From positions 1-64,000 of the forward strand of contig VRVR01000040.1 of assembly GCA_009859145.1 (NCBI GenBank): a stretch of 64,000 nucleotides of DNA. Direction: 5' to 3'. The notes beneath the pieces were generated by a model, which searched no databases, was not told the origin of the DNA, and saw only the letters and a program-made list of their open reading frames with translations. This document shows positions 9,890 to 19,538 of this stretch, piece after piece; position 1 is the first letter of the stretch, and each line of letters opens with the position of its first letter. Both the position numbers and the translations under genes were made by a program. This stretch comes from Andalucia godoyi And28 (lineage: Eukaryota; Protista; Jakobida).

Positions 9890-12800
9890 TCATATCCATG
9901 GACACCAGCCTTCGTACATCATGGATAGATTGGTCTCGGACGTCGCGTTCTCCCACAATCGCACCGCGTGCCCATCATCGTCGCCCATCTGTGCTCGCGC
10001 TTCCACGTTTCGTATTCTCTGGCTGAAGGCATGCTCATCAAATGGATCTACCTCATGCCACTGATTGTATTTCTTCGGCGCCCGTTTGTACTGGAGCTCC
10101 AGAAGCTGCGAAATGAGCGCATGGTGAGCTTGGAAAAACGTCAGCAGGTACGAATGGCACTGCAGGACTTCATTCCTGTTCACCACATTGCGAAACACTT
10201 CAGTCATTCTGTACGGCACAACTTCGCGAACTTTCAGATCGCGCCCTCGGTCCAAGCATATGTTGAAATCGATGTGGATGCATTCATTGGACGCGGTGTC
10301 TAAAAGGATGTTGCCGAGATGGCGGTCACCAATTCCGAGAACGTACGTGTAGATGTTGAACACTGATAAAGATCGACGAAGAGAGATCATTCGACCGAAA
10401 AAGTCGCTCGGAGACGACGAGTGCAGTATAGTGCAGTCTCGCAGAAGATGCGGATTCGAATACTTTGCTTGGAGTTCTTTGAAAATTCGCAATCGATTCG
10501 CAGGACAAGATTTGCCTCCGTTGCCACCATTGCCAACAAGATCTGCTTCCGCTGATGCGTACATTTGGATAGGATTGAAGGCCGAAGAAACCGAAGCACC
10601 TCTCTGCTTCTCACGGCGCTTCCGAACACCGCCTGTGGTTTTGCGAAGCACACTGGACCACAGCCACTTCTCATACAACACATTCAAAGGAATCGTCCGA
10701 TCTATGAACCTTATGAACCCCGAGGACGACGACAGCGGAACGATGTCATGATGTCGAACACGGAGCTGTGACGGCTGCAAAGAGTTCAGCACCTTAATGA
10801 AGGACATGCATCTCGCATCAAACACAACGTTTTCATTTCCTTTGACCAGAAAGGACGCCGTCGACCCCGTGCCCGTGTCAAAAAAGACCCGCCGGGGACG
10901 GATCTTCGTTGGATACACCCAGAAGGAGTCTGAACACCCGACCAGCGAATCACCCACGTGGCGCTCATCTGTAGGAAGTTGGACAGACGCGTGGTTGGAC
11001 GAGAAAAAGCTCTGCAGATCGGGAACCAACGATGATAAATTGAAGCAGGATCCTGAATGAGGAAGGCTCAAGGCGGCCAGCTGAGAGAGAAGACCACACA
11101 ATTCACGAATACGATTCATGTAAACCCCCGACCGAGGGCACGGATTTCTGCTCGAGAATTCCGGACAAAAAAGAGCCGCCCAAAAATAAAACGACGTTGG
11201 AGTGGATGATGAGCCCGCCATGCTCGACAGCATGTCTTCTGCCGCATCAGAAGAAGAAAAAAACAAGCACTGGAAAACCCTCTCAAATGCAGTGTGGTAC
11301 GAAGCAGGTTCGCGAGACTGTCCTGGATGACGTATCAGGAGCTGGTATAATGCAAAAATGACATCATCCAAGGACGCAGAGTCGGGCATATACAGCATAG
11401 ACTGCTTCACTGCGTCCAGAACAGACTGGTTCGAAACTGCAGCATCTGTGCACAAAAACTTTGCCCATGACATGAGCACCCGATAATTCTGGTGGCAGTT
11501 GACCACCAAAACATCCAGAATGGGCTTTGAATTCACATCAACCGCCCACGGAAATCTCAACAGTACGTCGGGATCCAGCAAAATGAGCGGGACCACCCCG
11601 GACAAACGGAACCCAAAAACACTCGCCCACGCAAAGGCAGGAAACAGCAGCAGTGGGGAATCTCCTGGAGACCCGAGAAAGGCATCGCCGCTGCCTTGAT
11701 ATGATTCAATAATGGTTGCCGCTTGGTACTCGATCAGACGAGAAGATGGATTGAATATTGACGTCTTGAACCGCGAAAATGTCTGGCTTGATATTGGCAA
11801 ATGCAACAAATCATCAAGAGAGCCCAAAAATTCGTGCTGACAAGACGGTACACTTGTGTCAAAAACGAACGATGATGTAGATTCGTGAACAGCTAGCGGC
11901 AGAATCATCTCTTTCGAAAACTGAGTCATAAACTCAAACATGCGGCACGAAGGAGCAAAAGAACTCGCGTCTCGAAACAATGCGCAACATTGCATCTGCT
12001 TGCTGATAAAGTGAAGGGGGGCTGACAACGGAAAGTTACTGCCTGCGTCAACGACGCCTGCGTCAATGCTTTCCAACAACTGCACCGTTAGCCGTCTAAA
12101 AAGGAGCTCTTGGTTGGCGTCGTCGATCACATTAACGACGGGTTGCCGAATGGATGGAATAACGAAAGAGGAGTGGAAAACTTCTGCACCAACCGCAATG
12201 TCCGAGTGATCTCTCAAAATACAGTCGATGGCATCAACGATGTCCTGGGGAAGGCTGATGGACCTGCAGGCGCCTAGACATGGAGATGCCTCCGTCCAGT
12301 TGATATCGTTTTGAAAGAGAAGCAGAAACGGTAGTGCGGACCGAAAGACTGCAGCGGATGGCAATCGTCGCAGTACTTTCAGCATATTGCAGACGGGAAA
12401 GCTGCTCGCAAAAGGCAAAAATTCCGGTCCTGTGAAAAACAGAAACATGGAGCAGAGAGTAGAGGAAGTTCGTTTGTCAAAATCCGTTAAGAGAATGGCA
12501 TCAATGACGTCGCACACGCATTGGACAAGAAACTCGATCGAAAAGCCAAAAACCCCGGCAGCATTTATAACAGACGATCTGATCTCCAGCGAAGCGATAT
12601 TTGAAGAGCTCAGCTTGCAGTTGAACACAAAGTGAAGAATCCACACTGCCGTTTGTTTGGCAGAACTCGGTGCCTGCGAGAGAGCCTTGGTGAACCATTC
12701 GAATTCCTCGAATCTCACATGCTCTGCAGCGACAACGGTTTGCAAAAACCAAGAAATGGTTTCGGCAGAACAGCTATGTTCCAAAAGGACTCTCCAGAAA

Positions 12801-13096
12801 CAGACAGCGACTTCGAGGTCAACACACTCGGAGTAGCGGAGCAAGAGCGATCGGATGGACATCTCCTTCTCTTTTTCCGGCAAACAAGATAGGACTTCAG
12901 AGATGAAGACTGGCAGAGAAGGACAATAAAATGCGTTTGGATTAATGGACTCGATTATCTTGGAGCCCTTGGATCTGAGAGCAAATTTTCCTTTCGGCTG
13001 ACGAATGAGCTCGAGAACTTGGTTCAACAGAACGGGATTGGGCTCCTGCAGAAAAGCATGGACAAGATCCATAAACGATGGACCAAATGTATTCAT
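9890..13096 (-). CDS. PI3K-related protein kinase (PIKK), SMG1-like, compact
   Basis: Motifs FLVKGNE..D.R.M, YVLGIGDRHLGNILLD, HIDFNICLDRGRDLKVREVVPYRMT and the FATC terminus NLSMMYEGWCPWI. First ATG at 13096. Confidence 0.8.
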   Translation of the reverse strand: MNTFGPSFMDLVHAFLQEPNPVLLNQVLELIRQPKGKFALRSKGSKIIESINPNAFYCPSLPVFISEVLSCLPEKEKEMSIRSLLLRYSECVDLEVAVCFWRVLLEHSCSAETISWFLQTVVAAEHVRFEEFEWFTKALSQAPSSAKQTAVWILHFVFNCKLSSSNIASLEIRSSVINAAGVFGFSIEFLVQCVCDVIDAILLTDFDKRTSSTLCSMFLFFTGPEFLPFASSFPVCNMLKVLRRLPSAAVFRSALPFLLLFQNDINWTEASPCLGACRSISLPQDIVDAIDCILRDHSDIAVGAEVFHSSFVIPSIRQPVVNVIDDANQELLFRRLTVQLLESIDAGVVDAGSNFPLSAPLHFISKQMQCCALFRDASSFAPSCRMFEFMTQFSKEMILPLAVHESTSSFVFDTSVPSCQHEFLGSLDDLLHLPISSQTFSRFKTSIFNPSSRLIEYQAATIIESYQGSGDAFLGSPGDSPLLLFPAFAWASVFGFRLSGVVPLILLDPDVLLRFPWAVDVNSKPILDVLVVNCHQNYRVLMSWAKFLCTDAAVSNQSVLDAVKQSMLYMPDSASLDDVIFALYQLLIRHPGQSREPASYHTAFERVFQCLFFSSSDAAEDMLSSMAGSSSTPTSFYFWAALFCPEFSSRNPCPRSGVYMNRIRELCGLLSQLAALSLPHSGSCFNLSSLVPDLQSFFSSNHASVQLPTDERHVGDSLVGCSDSFWVYPTKIRPRRVFFDTGTGSTASFLVKGNENVVFDARCMSFIKVLNSLQPSQLRVRHHDIVPLSSSSGFIRFIDRTIPLNVLYEKWLWSSVLRKTTGGVRKRREKQRGASVSSAFNPIQMYASAEADLVGNGGNGGKSCPANRLRIFKELQAKYSNPHLLRDCTILHSSSPSDFFGRMISLRRSLSVFNIYTYVLGIGDRHLGNILLDTASNECIHIDFNICLDRGRDLKVREVVPYRMTEVFRNVVNRNEVLQCHSYLLTFFQAHHALISQLLELQYKRAPKKYNQWHEVDPFDEHAFSQRIRNVEARAQMGDDDGHAVRLWENATSETNLSMMYEGWCPWI

Positions 13097-13439
13097 CTGC
13101 ACTGAATCGTCTACAGAATGAGTATCACATTACCATCTCTGCATGTGATACGACGAGCAAAACCAAAACCAAACCACAGAAGAAGAAGAAAACGCACACA
13201 CAAAACTAAAAGAGCGGTGCTGCTCCTTGCTGCAGGTGAGCATTCTCTTGGGGCTTTTTGTTCTCCTTCTCTTCTCCTCCACTGACCCCACCTTTCGTAG
13301 CATCAACTTGATTCAAAACACTCGGGCTACTCTCTGCAATCACCATGCAGTTCGTCTCCTTGTTTCTCTCTCTCTTTGCGGGTGTTGCCAACTTGCCTGC
13401 AAAGTGGGGCTAATGGAAAGCACAGGTTGATTTCTTTTC

Positions 13440-14051
13440 ATGAGCGATCCTCAGCTGAAACAGCGATTTGATGATGCTTGGAGGGTGGTTGTGAATCGGT
13501 ATGGAGGAATCGGCAAGAGCTTAGATGACATTGACAACACGCTGATTGCAGCAGAGCGACGGTATCGGTTGAAGCAACAAGAGTTCTTCAAGTTCCAAGG
13601 GGCCTTGTTCATGGTTCCAGAGATCAGCGACTCTATTTCGCACATTTGCACACAGCTGAATCTTCTAAAAACAAAGTTTGACGCCTTGCAAGAGCCGTTG
13701 CGCAAGTTGTATGCAGAGTCGCGGGAAAAGGATCTGTTCCGATGGAAGCACGAGCAAGCTCAGATGGCCGCTCGAGCTCTCAAGAAGTCCATGAAGTCTG
13801 ACCGAGGCGCTACCTCGGAATCGTCTCCACAGGTTGCATCGTCATCGTCATCATCATCGTCGTCGCCGTCGTCGTCGCCGTCACCGTCATCCTCTTCTGA
13901 GGTGCAAGCTTCTGCCGAAGCCGAAGGTGCTGCCTCCTCTTCTGTGCCATCCCTTTCTGACGAACTGATTTCGCCTCCTTCTTCTCTTCCTCTTCCACTT
14001 CCTCTTCCGGACCCCGAGTCGAGTAATTCAGATGCAGCTGTTGTAAATTGA
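13440..14051 (+). CDS. DTNBP1: dysbindin (BLOC-1 subunit 8)-like protein
   Basis: LKQRFDDAW...IDNTL...QGALFMVP...LNLLKTKFDALQEPLRKL...LFRWKHEQAQ aligns colinearly, from memory, with the dysbindin coiled coil (LLSRYEDTW...LQQLP...LEASFEEVENNLLHL...LERCKHMQSQ). Acidic Ser-rich tail. Confidence 0.6.
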   Translation: MSDPQLKQRFDDAWRVVVNRYGGIGKSLDDIDNTLIAAERRYRLKQQEFFKFQGALFMVPEISDSISHICTQLNLLKTKFDALQEPLRKLYAESREKDLFRWKHEQAQMAARALKKSMKSDRGATSESSPQVASSSSSSSSSPSSSPSPSSSSEVQASAEAEGAASSSVPSLSDELISPPSSLPLPLPLPDPESSNSDAAVVN

Positions 14052-14349
14052 CCTCCACCTCCTTTTATCGGTTTTTGAGCAGACTGGCGACAAATTGGGA
14101 CAACAGTTGCAGAAAAATGTTTTTCAGCAATACAAGAACGCTTAATCCTCCTTCCGTGGATTATTCTTTTGATTTCATAGTTACCAGCGTACATTGTCCC
14201 TCTGTTTTCCCGCACCTTCTCTGATTCAATTCATGCGTATTCCGCTGCAGCACTTATTGTCATGACGTGCGACGCACATGCATTATCATAATTATCATTT
14301 TTTATTTATTTATTTATATTTTTTTTGGAGGGGAGGAGATACATGAACC

Positions 14350-15558
14350 ATGAATAATCGAGTGTCAAAGGTCATGCATTCCATCGTTGCGGGTCCCGTG
14401 GATGAACACGAGATTTCGCAGAATTCTCTGGATGTGGAACGCATTCTGCAGGGCAAGAAAGCGATGTGGGTGCCCAAGAGCACTCGTAGGAGTGTGGGCA
14501 TGGATGCAGCACAGCCCAAAAGAAGGCCCGAACAAGCGGTCATGGCTACAGAGGTCGAGGAAGCAGACGTCATGCACAGGATGGACGTGGTGCTCGAGGC
14601 GCGTGAAACGAGGATTCTGGAACAGCAGATGCTGCATGCGCAACTGCTCAAGATATATGAAGATCGGGTCCGGAAAGCAGGAGATATTTTCCCGTTTCGA
14701 TCGTGGATGGAGAAGACGTCCATGTCTCTGCGTCCGTCAGATTTCGCAGAGTTTATGAGCTATGTACGAGGAACTGCGCTGTTGTCCCATTTTGCTTCAC
14801 GATTTGAAAATCCAAGCCTCGGCAAATTGCCAGTGTCTTTGTGGAAGCATCCATCAAGCCGCCTGTTCAACGGCGACGATGCGCCATCTTACGCCCGCGA
14901 GGAATGTCTGTTGTGCGCATCGTGTGCGTCGATCGACGAATTCCGTCGGCTAAATCGTGTGTATGAGGACAGTGGTGCTGCAGACGCGAGAGTGCAGCGA
15001 CGTGAGCAGGAAGCACGACGAGTGGCACAGAACGATCAGCTGATCCGGGACTGGCCTTCGAAAGCCCTTCGAGAAAAGGCGTTTCTTCTCATCAAACCTG
15101 AATATCGAGATTGGTTCGAGAAAGTTGTCTCCTCGGGCACAACAATAGGTTTTGACGACTCCACCATCGTCAACAGAGTGCTGCTGCAGTTTCCGCATGT
15201 CTTTGTGCACAATCCTTTCTCTGGAGGGCCACTGCTGGAGCCACCTGCCCCAGAAGTCGTTTGCGATCTCTCGTTTGATGCTTCAAGAACACTGCATGTT
15301 CCCGAATCAGCAGTGATTCGATATCTGACTCCCGAGTTGATCAAGAATGTGACTCGTCTTGGGGTGGAAGCGCGGGAGAAAGGCCTACACATACTCGGTC
15401 TGCATGCACCGAACCATGTAGAATCTTTCGCCACATGGTGGTTTGAAGAAATGTACGAGTTGCCGGAAGCTCGTTTAAAAAAGATGGGAATTGTGAGGCC
15501 GCAACTCCCGTCGGATATAAGAGTTGCGTCCCAAGGTCTTATTCCGAGCAGAATGTAA
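14350..15558 (+). CDS. hypothetical protein
   Basis: 402-aa ATG-initiated ORF flanked by AT-rich spacers; no motif recognised. Confidence 0.7.
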   Translation: MNNRVSKVMHSIVAGPVDEHEISQNSLDVERILQGKKAMWVPKSTRRSVGMDAAQPKRRPEQAVMATEVEEADVMHRMDVVLEARETRILEQQMLHAQLLKIYEDRVRKAGDIFPFRSWMEKTSMSLRPSDFAEFMSYVRGTALLSHFASRFENPSLGKLPVSLWKHPSSRLFNGDDAPSYAREECLLCASCASIDEFRRLNRVYEDSGAADARVQRREQEARRVAQNDQLIRDWPSKALREKAFLLIKPEYRDWFEKVVSSGTTIGFDDSTIVNRVLLQFPHVFVHNPFSGGPLLEPPAPEVVCDLSFDASRTLHVPESAVIRYLTPELIKNVTRLGVEAREKGLHILGLHAPNHVESFATWWFEEMYELPEARLKKMGIVRPQLPSDIRVASQGLIPSRM

Positions 15559-15740
15559 ATACACACCTCCAGCGATTGCAGTTTGTTTGTTTTGTTTGTC
15601 GCATTCCATTTGTTGTTGCACGGCGCGGAAAGTCTACCGAGTTCCTTCAAGCACCTTCAAGCACTTGCAAGTGTTCTTGAGGACCTGCCGGTCGTACGCG
15701 CCATACCGCCAGAGCAAAAAACTGGCGGGAACTGCAAATT

Positions 15741-15853
15741 CGCCTACATTGTTACACGAGTCCACAGATAATCATCGCTGATCACCCATAAGCAATGTTG
15801 CAACCCAAGAACATGCATAGCATGATTGGGAAGGGGGTAGGCCGCAACACGCC
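15741..15853 (-). ncRNA. candidate omegaRNA scaffold at the Fanzor2 3' end
   Basis: GCCUAC/GUAGGC pairing; CCCAA-CAUGC/GCAUG-UUGGG hairpin; CAUUGCU/AGCGAUG hairpin. Ends in AAUGUAGGCG like copies A and B. Confidence 0.5.
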
Positions 15854-16130
15854 CCTCGGCATGACAGATGTTCCTAAGATAGATGTGGATGTTGCGCGCG
15901 CCGTTCCAATCGCGGTCGATCGTGCATTTGCACGACGGGCAACAAAACACACCTTGCTTCCACACAAATTGCGATGGATTTCCCCCTGCAACGGCGGCAC
16001 GCTTTAGACGCGTACTCCTCCGTCACAAGTCACAATCGACACCTGCCGCGCCGTTGTCGCCTTGGCGATCTTTCCTAGCGGCGGCCCAGCGCCGGAAGGT
16101 GTCGGTGAAGATTGTCATGGGTCTTGCGCA
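15782..16130 (-). pseudogene. Fanzor2/TnpB-like nuclease C-terminal remnant (frameshifted)
   Basis: Successive minus frames give LGKIAKATTARQVSIVTCD / EEYASKACRRCRG / VFCCPSCKCTIDRDWNGARNI / PRGVLRPTPF. These correspond to RuvC-II, the zinc ribbon and RuvC-III. Confidence 0.85.
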
Positions 16131-16563
16131 GCGTTGCGGGGCGCGACGTACATGGTGCGTTGCATGGACAATAAGAATAAAGAAATGAAATGAGCGTCGC
16201 TGTGCGAGAATGCAGCGCGGCGGCGTGTGTTATAGGGATTTCATGATCAAAATGGGGCGAAACGAATCAGGCATCGTGTGACGAAGTTGCTAAGATAGCA
16301 AACGCATAGCGCGTGGAAGTGGCAGTGGTTCTGTTTTACGTGCGCTTGCGACTGCCTCATCATATCGCAATAAGTGGCAGCGGCGTGGCTCCTTTTTTCA
16401 TTGAGCTTGCATTTGCATTTGCATTTGTCATCCTGATTTTTTTAATAATATTTTTTTTTTTTTGATCACTTGCAAAAGAACAAACCAACGACCCCTTCTC
16501 CTCTCGTTTTCTAAAAACCCTCGGTCTGTTCTTTTCAGATTTCAGGTTTCTGCCCTTTGGGAG

Positions 16564-19311
16564 ATGTCGTCGTCTATGCATTTCTCCTGTACATACACAA
16601 AAGATGCCCACAAGAAACAAAACAGAAAATGGTTGGATGGATTTGTCGAATTCAAAGGCGATGTGCGCGTATGCGTCTTGTTCGGAGAAGATCTGTCCAA
16701 ACTGGGCACGTACAAAGTCCCGTTGACGGATGACGTGGAAGATGGGTACGAATTCCGACTGTCCGTGTATTTGGTTCAGGTGTGCGATCGACAAAATGGA
16801 CCTCCGGCGAAGAAGATGCCGAACATTCCAGAAAATGAAGAGGAGAATTCCGTTTTGACGACCGCGCCGTCGAACTCTCGTCCTCCGCCGTCCAAGGTCT
16901 TTCGTGGATCTCAGTTTCGCTTGCCAGGTCGCTCAGATGCAAAGGATGATCTCCCTCCGGCGTCGCTCAAACCACTGCAAGCCTCCACCCTTGCTGGCGA
17001 GAATGCGGGCAGCGACGATGACCAGGAACCCAGGCGGCGGCGCCCCTCTCTTGGTGGCCAGCAAACCCCTGATGTGTCCGTTTGTTGCTTTGAAGTACCC
17101 TCTGTTGCAAACTTGAATTCCGGATTTGACTTGATTCGAAGAGTCGAAATTCCCGTGGTGTTTCACAGTCCACAGCATTATTGTCGACAAATGTACCTTT
17201 TTGTCAAGGAACTTGTGGACTTGTCTGTCATGGACAAGCTCATTCAACTGAAAAATGCTCTGGCAGAAAATTCCGAATTTTTGTCCGTTCGGCGAAGAGG
17301 AATTTCGTTCTATCCGGCAGTTACGTTAAACTTCGAGACGGGACAGTTTACGTCAAAGGACGGAAGGAGACGTGTGTTCTGGAGTCTCTCTTTTGCAAAG
17401 TGCCATGCGGAGGCCTCCGCCGCGTATTCCAAGGACGACGTTTGGATTCTCTGCGATGACAAACATTTTGGTCGTGGTGCCATCTATGCTCGATCGCTGT
17501 GGCATGGTGTCGCTTCCGACAGAAAGCTTGCCATCGTTCCTTTCCATGTGCTTATGAATAAGACGCTGGATCCGGTGACAGTTGCTTCCTTGATGGACGG
17601 TAAATTCTCGTCTTGGGACCGAAGTCTCAGGCAGCTTCTGCAAAAACCGTCTCTGTTTGCGATTCGTCTTGATTCCATTGCATCGGAAGTGATGATGATC
17701 GAACACCTGTCTGTGTTCTCGCAGACGCCACTGTGCAACAGCATTCTTTCGCCTGCCTCCAAAACGGAGTCATTTGTGTCTTCTCGACTTGATCTGTCTT
17801 CCGCAGAAGACATGATGCAAGCGTTTGGATTCAATGCAGATCAGCGACGGGCATTTACCTCGATTGTTTGCTGGGCATCCGAAAGGGATTCCTACCCCAT
17901 TCAGCTGTTACATGGGGTCTTTGGAAGCGGAAAATCGCATTTTCTCGTAGCCGTGATTCTCTTTGTGCTTGCAAGGCTTCCACAAACCCGGATACTGCTT
18001 GTGTGCAACACAAACTGTGCGGTGGACAACCTGCTCTGTCGACTCGTATCCATGGGACTTCCGGACACCCTGTTTGCGCGTGTTGGTTCGCGCCGCAAAG
18101 TGCACCCATCGTTGCTGCATCGGACTGTTGGCCACGAGAAGAAGGGGGATGCTGTGGAGACCGCAAAAGATATTGACAATTTGATCCACTCAGAGCAGCA
18201 TGCGCAGCAGATTTCAGACGTGCTTCCGAAGCTGCTTACAGACGTCCGAGAAGCACACAAACTCGTGAACGTGTCCGAGTGCCGGCTTGTGGGCGCAACG
18301 TTTTCTTCCTGTACATTCCCGTCGTTAAGCGACGAATCCTTTGATTTGTGCATTCAGGATGAGAGTTCGCAGACTCTCGAACCAATGTCCATTGTCCCCC
18401 TTGCTCGATTCAATTGCACAAAACTCCTGCTGTCCGGTGATCCGCTGCAACTCCCACCGACAATCCCTGGAAGAAAGCCTGTCCATTCGGAGGACGAGGT
18501 GCTGACTATGTTCGACCGGTTGGCAAAACTGGGTGCTACGCCAATCGTGCTGCGCACGCAGTATCGCTGTCATCCACACATTAGTGCGATTGCGAACGCG
18601 CTGTTCTATTCTGGATTGTTGAAAAACGGCATCGACGAAGCCTCCAGGTCTCCGACGCTCCGTGTCGACCAGTTGAACCAGCCTGTCACATGGGTGGATT
18701 CATCTTCTCTTTGCGAGGCAAGCTCTGTCCGGCAGTCAAAGCTGTCATCCTCCGCTGAAGTTCTGGTGATTTGCCACCTGCTGTCTTTGATGGTAGCAAA
18801 TGGTGTCTGCCCGAGTGATGTTGGCTGCATATGCATGTACAAGCAGCAGTTGTCCATTTTGGAAAAGGACGAGGGACTTCCCCAGGGGGTGTTCTGCGGG
18901 ACCGTGGATTCGTTCCAAGGTGGTGAAAAGGACATCATCATCTTGTCTCTTGGGCGTTGGTCTGGCTCTGGAACAACATCCTTTCTGGAGGATCCTCGAC
19001 GGATGTGTGTAGCCCTCACACGGGCCAGGAGACAGTTGTTCATTGTTGGGCCTGTGAACGATTTCCCACAAAACACTTCTCGATGGGGTTCGGTTGTCGC
19101 AATGCGTGACACGCGGGTTCTCTCAGCCCATTCTCTGCTGCGTATTCATCCGGAGGACACCGTTTCGGAGCCGCATCCAGCCGCAGCAGTCTCACCACAA
19201 GGCAGAATGCCGACGATGACGACAATGGCCAGTCCGTCTGCATCTGTACCTGCCCATCCGGGCGTCGATGACTCTGTTGATGTCCTCTTGGATGTGGAAA
19301 TCGACTTTTGA
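16564..19311 (+). CDS. ZGRF1: ZGRF1-like protein: DUF2439 N-terminus plus UPF1-like SF1 helicase
   Basis: N-terminus FSCTYTKDAHKKQNRKWLDGF; Walker A HGVFGSGKS; IQDESSQ; GDPLQLPPT; QYRCHP; TVDSFQGGEKD; VALTRARR. Confidence 0.8.
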   Translation: MSSSMHFSCTYTKDAHKKQNRKWLDGFVEFKGDVRVCVLFGEDLSKLGTYKVPLTDDVEDGYEFRLSVYLVQVCDRQNGPPAKKMPNIPENEEENSVLTTAPSNSRPPPSKVFRGSQFRLPGRSDAKDDLPPASLKPLQASTLAGENAGSDDDQEPRRRRPSLGGQQTPDVSVCCFEVPSVANLNSGFDLIRRVEIPVVFHSPQHYCRQMYLFVKELVDLSVMDKLIQLKNALAENSEFLSVRRRGISFYPAVTLNFETGQFTSKDGRRRVFWSLSFAKCHAEASAAYSKDDVWILCDDKHFGRGAIYARSLWHGVASDRKLAIVPFHVLMNKTLDPVTVASLMDGKFSSWDRSLRQLLQKPSLFAIRLDSIASEVMMIEHLSVFSQTPLCNSILSPASKTESFVSSRLDLSSAEDMMQAFGFNADQRRAFTSIVCWASERDSYPIQLLHGVFGSGKSHFLVAVILFVLARLPQTRILLVCNTNCAVDNLLCRLVSMGLPDTLFARVGSRRKVHPSLLHRTVGHEKKGDAVETAKDIDNLIHSEQHAQQISDVLPKLLTDVREAHKLVNVSECRLVGATFSSCTFPSLSDESFDLCIQDESSQTLEPMSIVPLARFNCTKLLLSGDPLQLPPTIPGRKPVHSEDEVLTMFDRLAKLGATPIVLRTQYRCHPHISAIANALFYSGLLKNGIDEASRSPTLRVDQLNQPVTWVDSSSLCEASSVRQSKLSSSAEVLVICHLLSLMVANGVCPSDVGCICMYKQQLSILEKDEGLPQGVFCGTVDSFQGGEKDIIILSLGRWSGSGTTSFLEDPRRMCVALTRARRQLFIVGPVNDFPQNTSRWGSVVAMRDTRVLSAHSLLRIHPEDTVSEPHPAAAVSPQGRMPTMTTMASPSASVPAHPGVDDSVDVLLDVEIDF

Positions 19312-19538
19312 AAACTACAGATCATTTTTGCTTACTCTTGTACAAATACTTGCTTTAATAGAAACGCACTGCAGCACACTCGGCCATTCAAAAGCCATAT
19401 ACACTCTCACTTATCTATACATCACATCGAGTAAAAGAAGAAGAAGGAGAAAAAAGAAAAAGAAAAAGACGGGGTGGGGGAAGACCCAACTGCGTCACAC
19501 ATCATAACAAAATGAACAACGCAAGGACGGACACTTTC

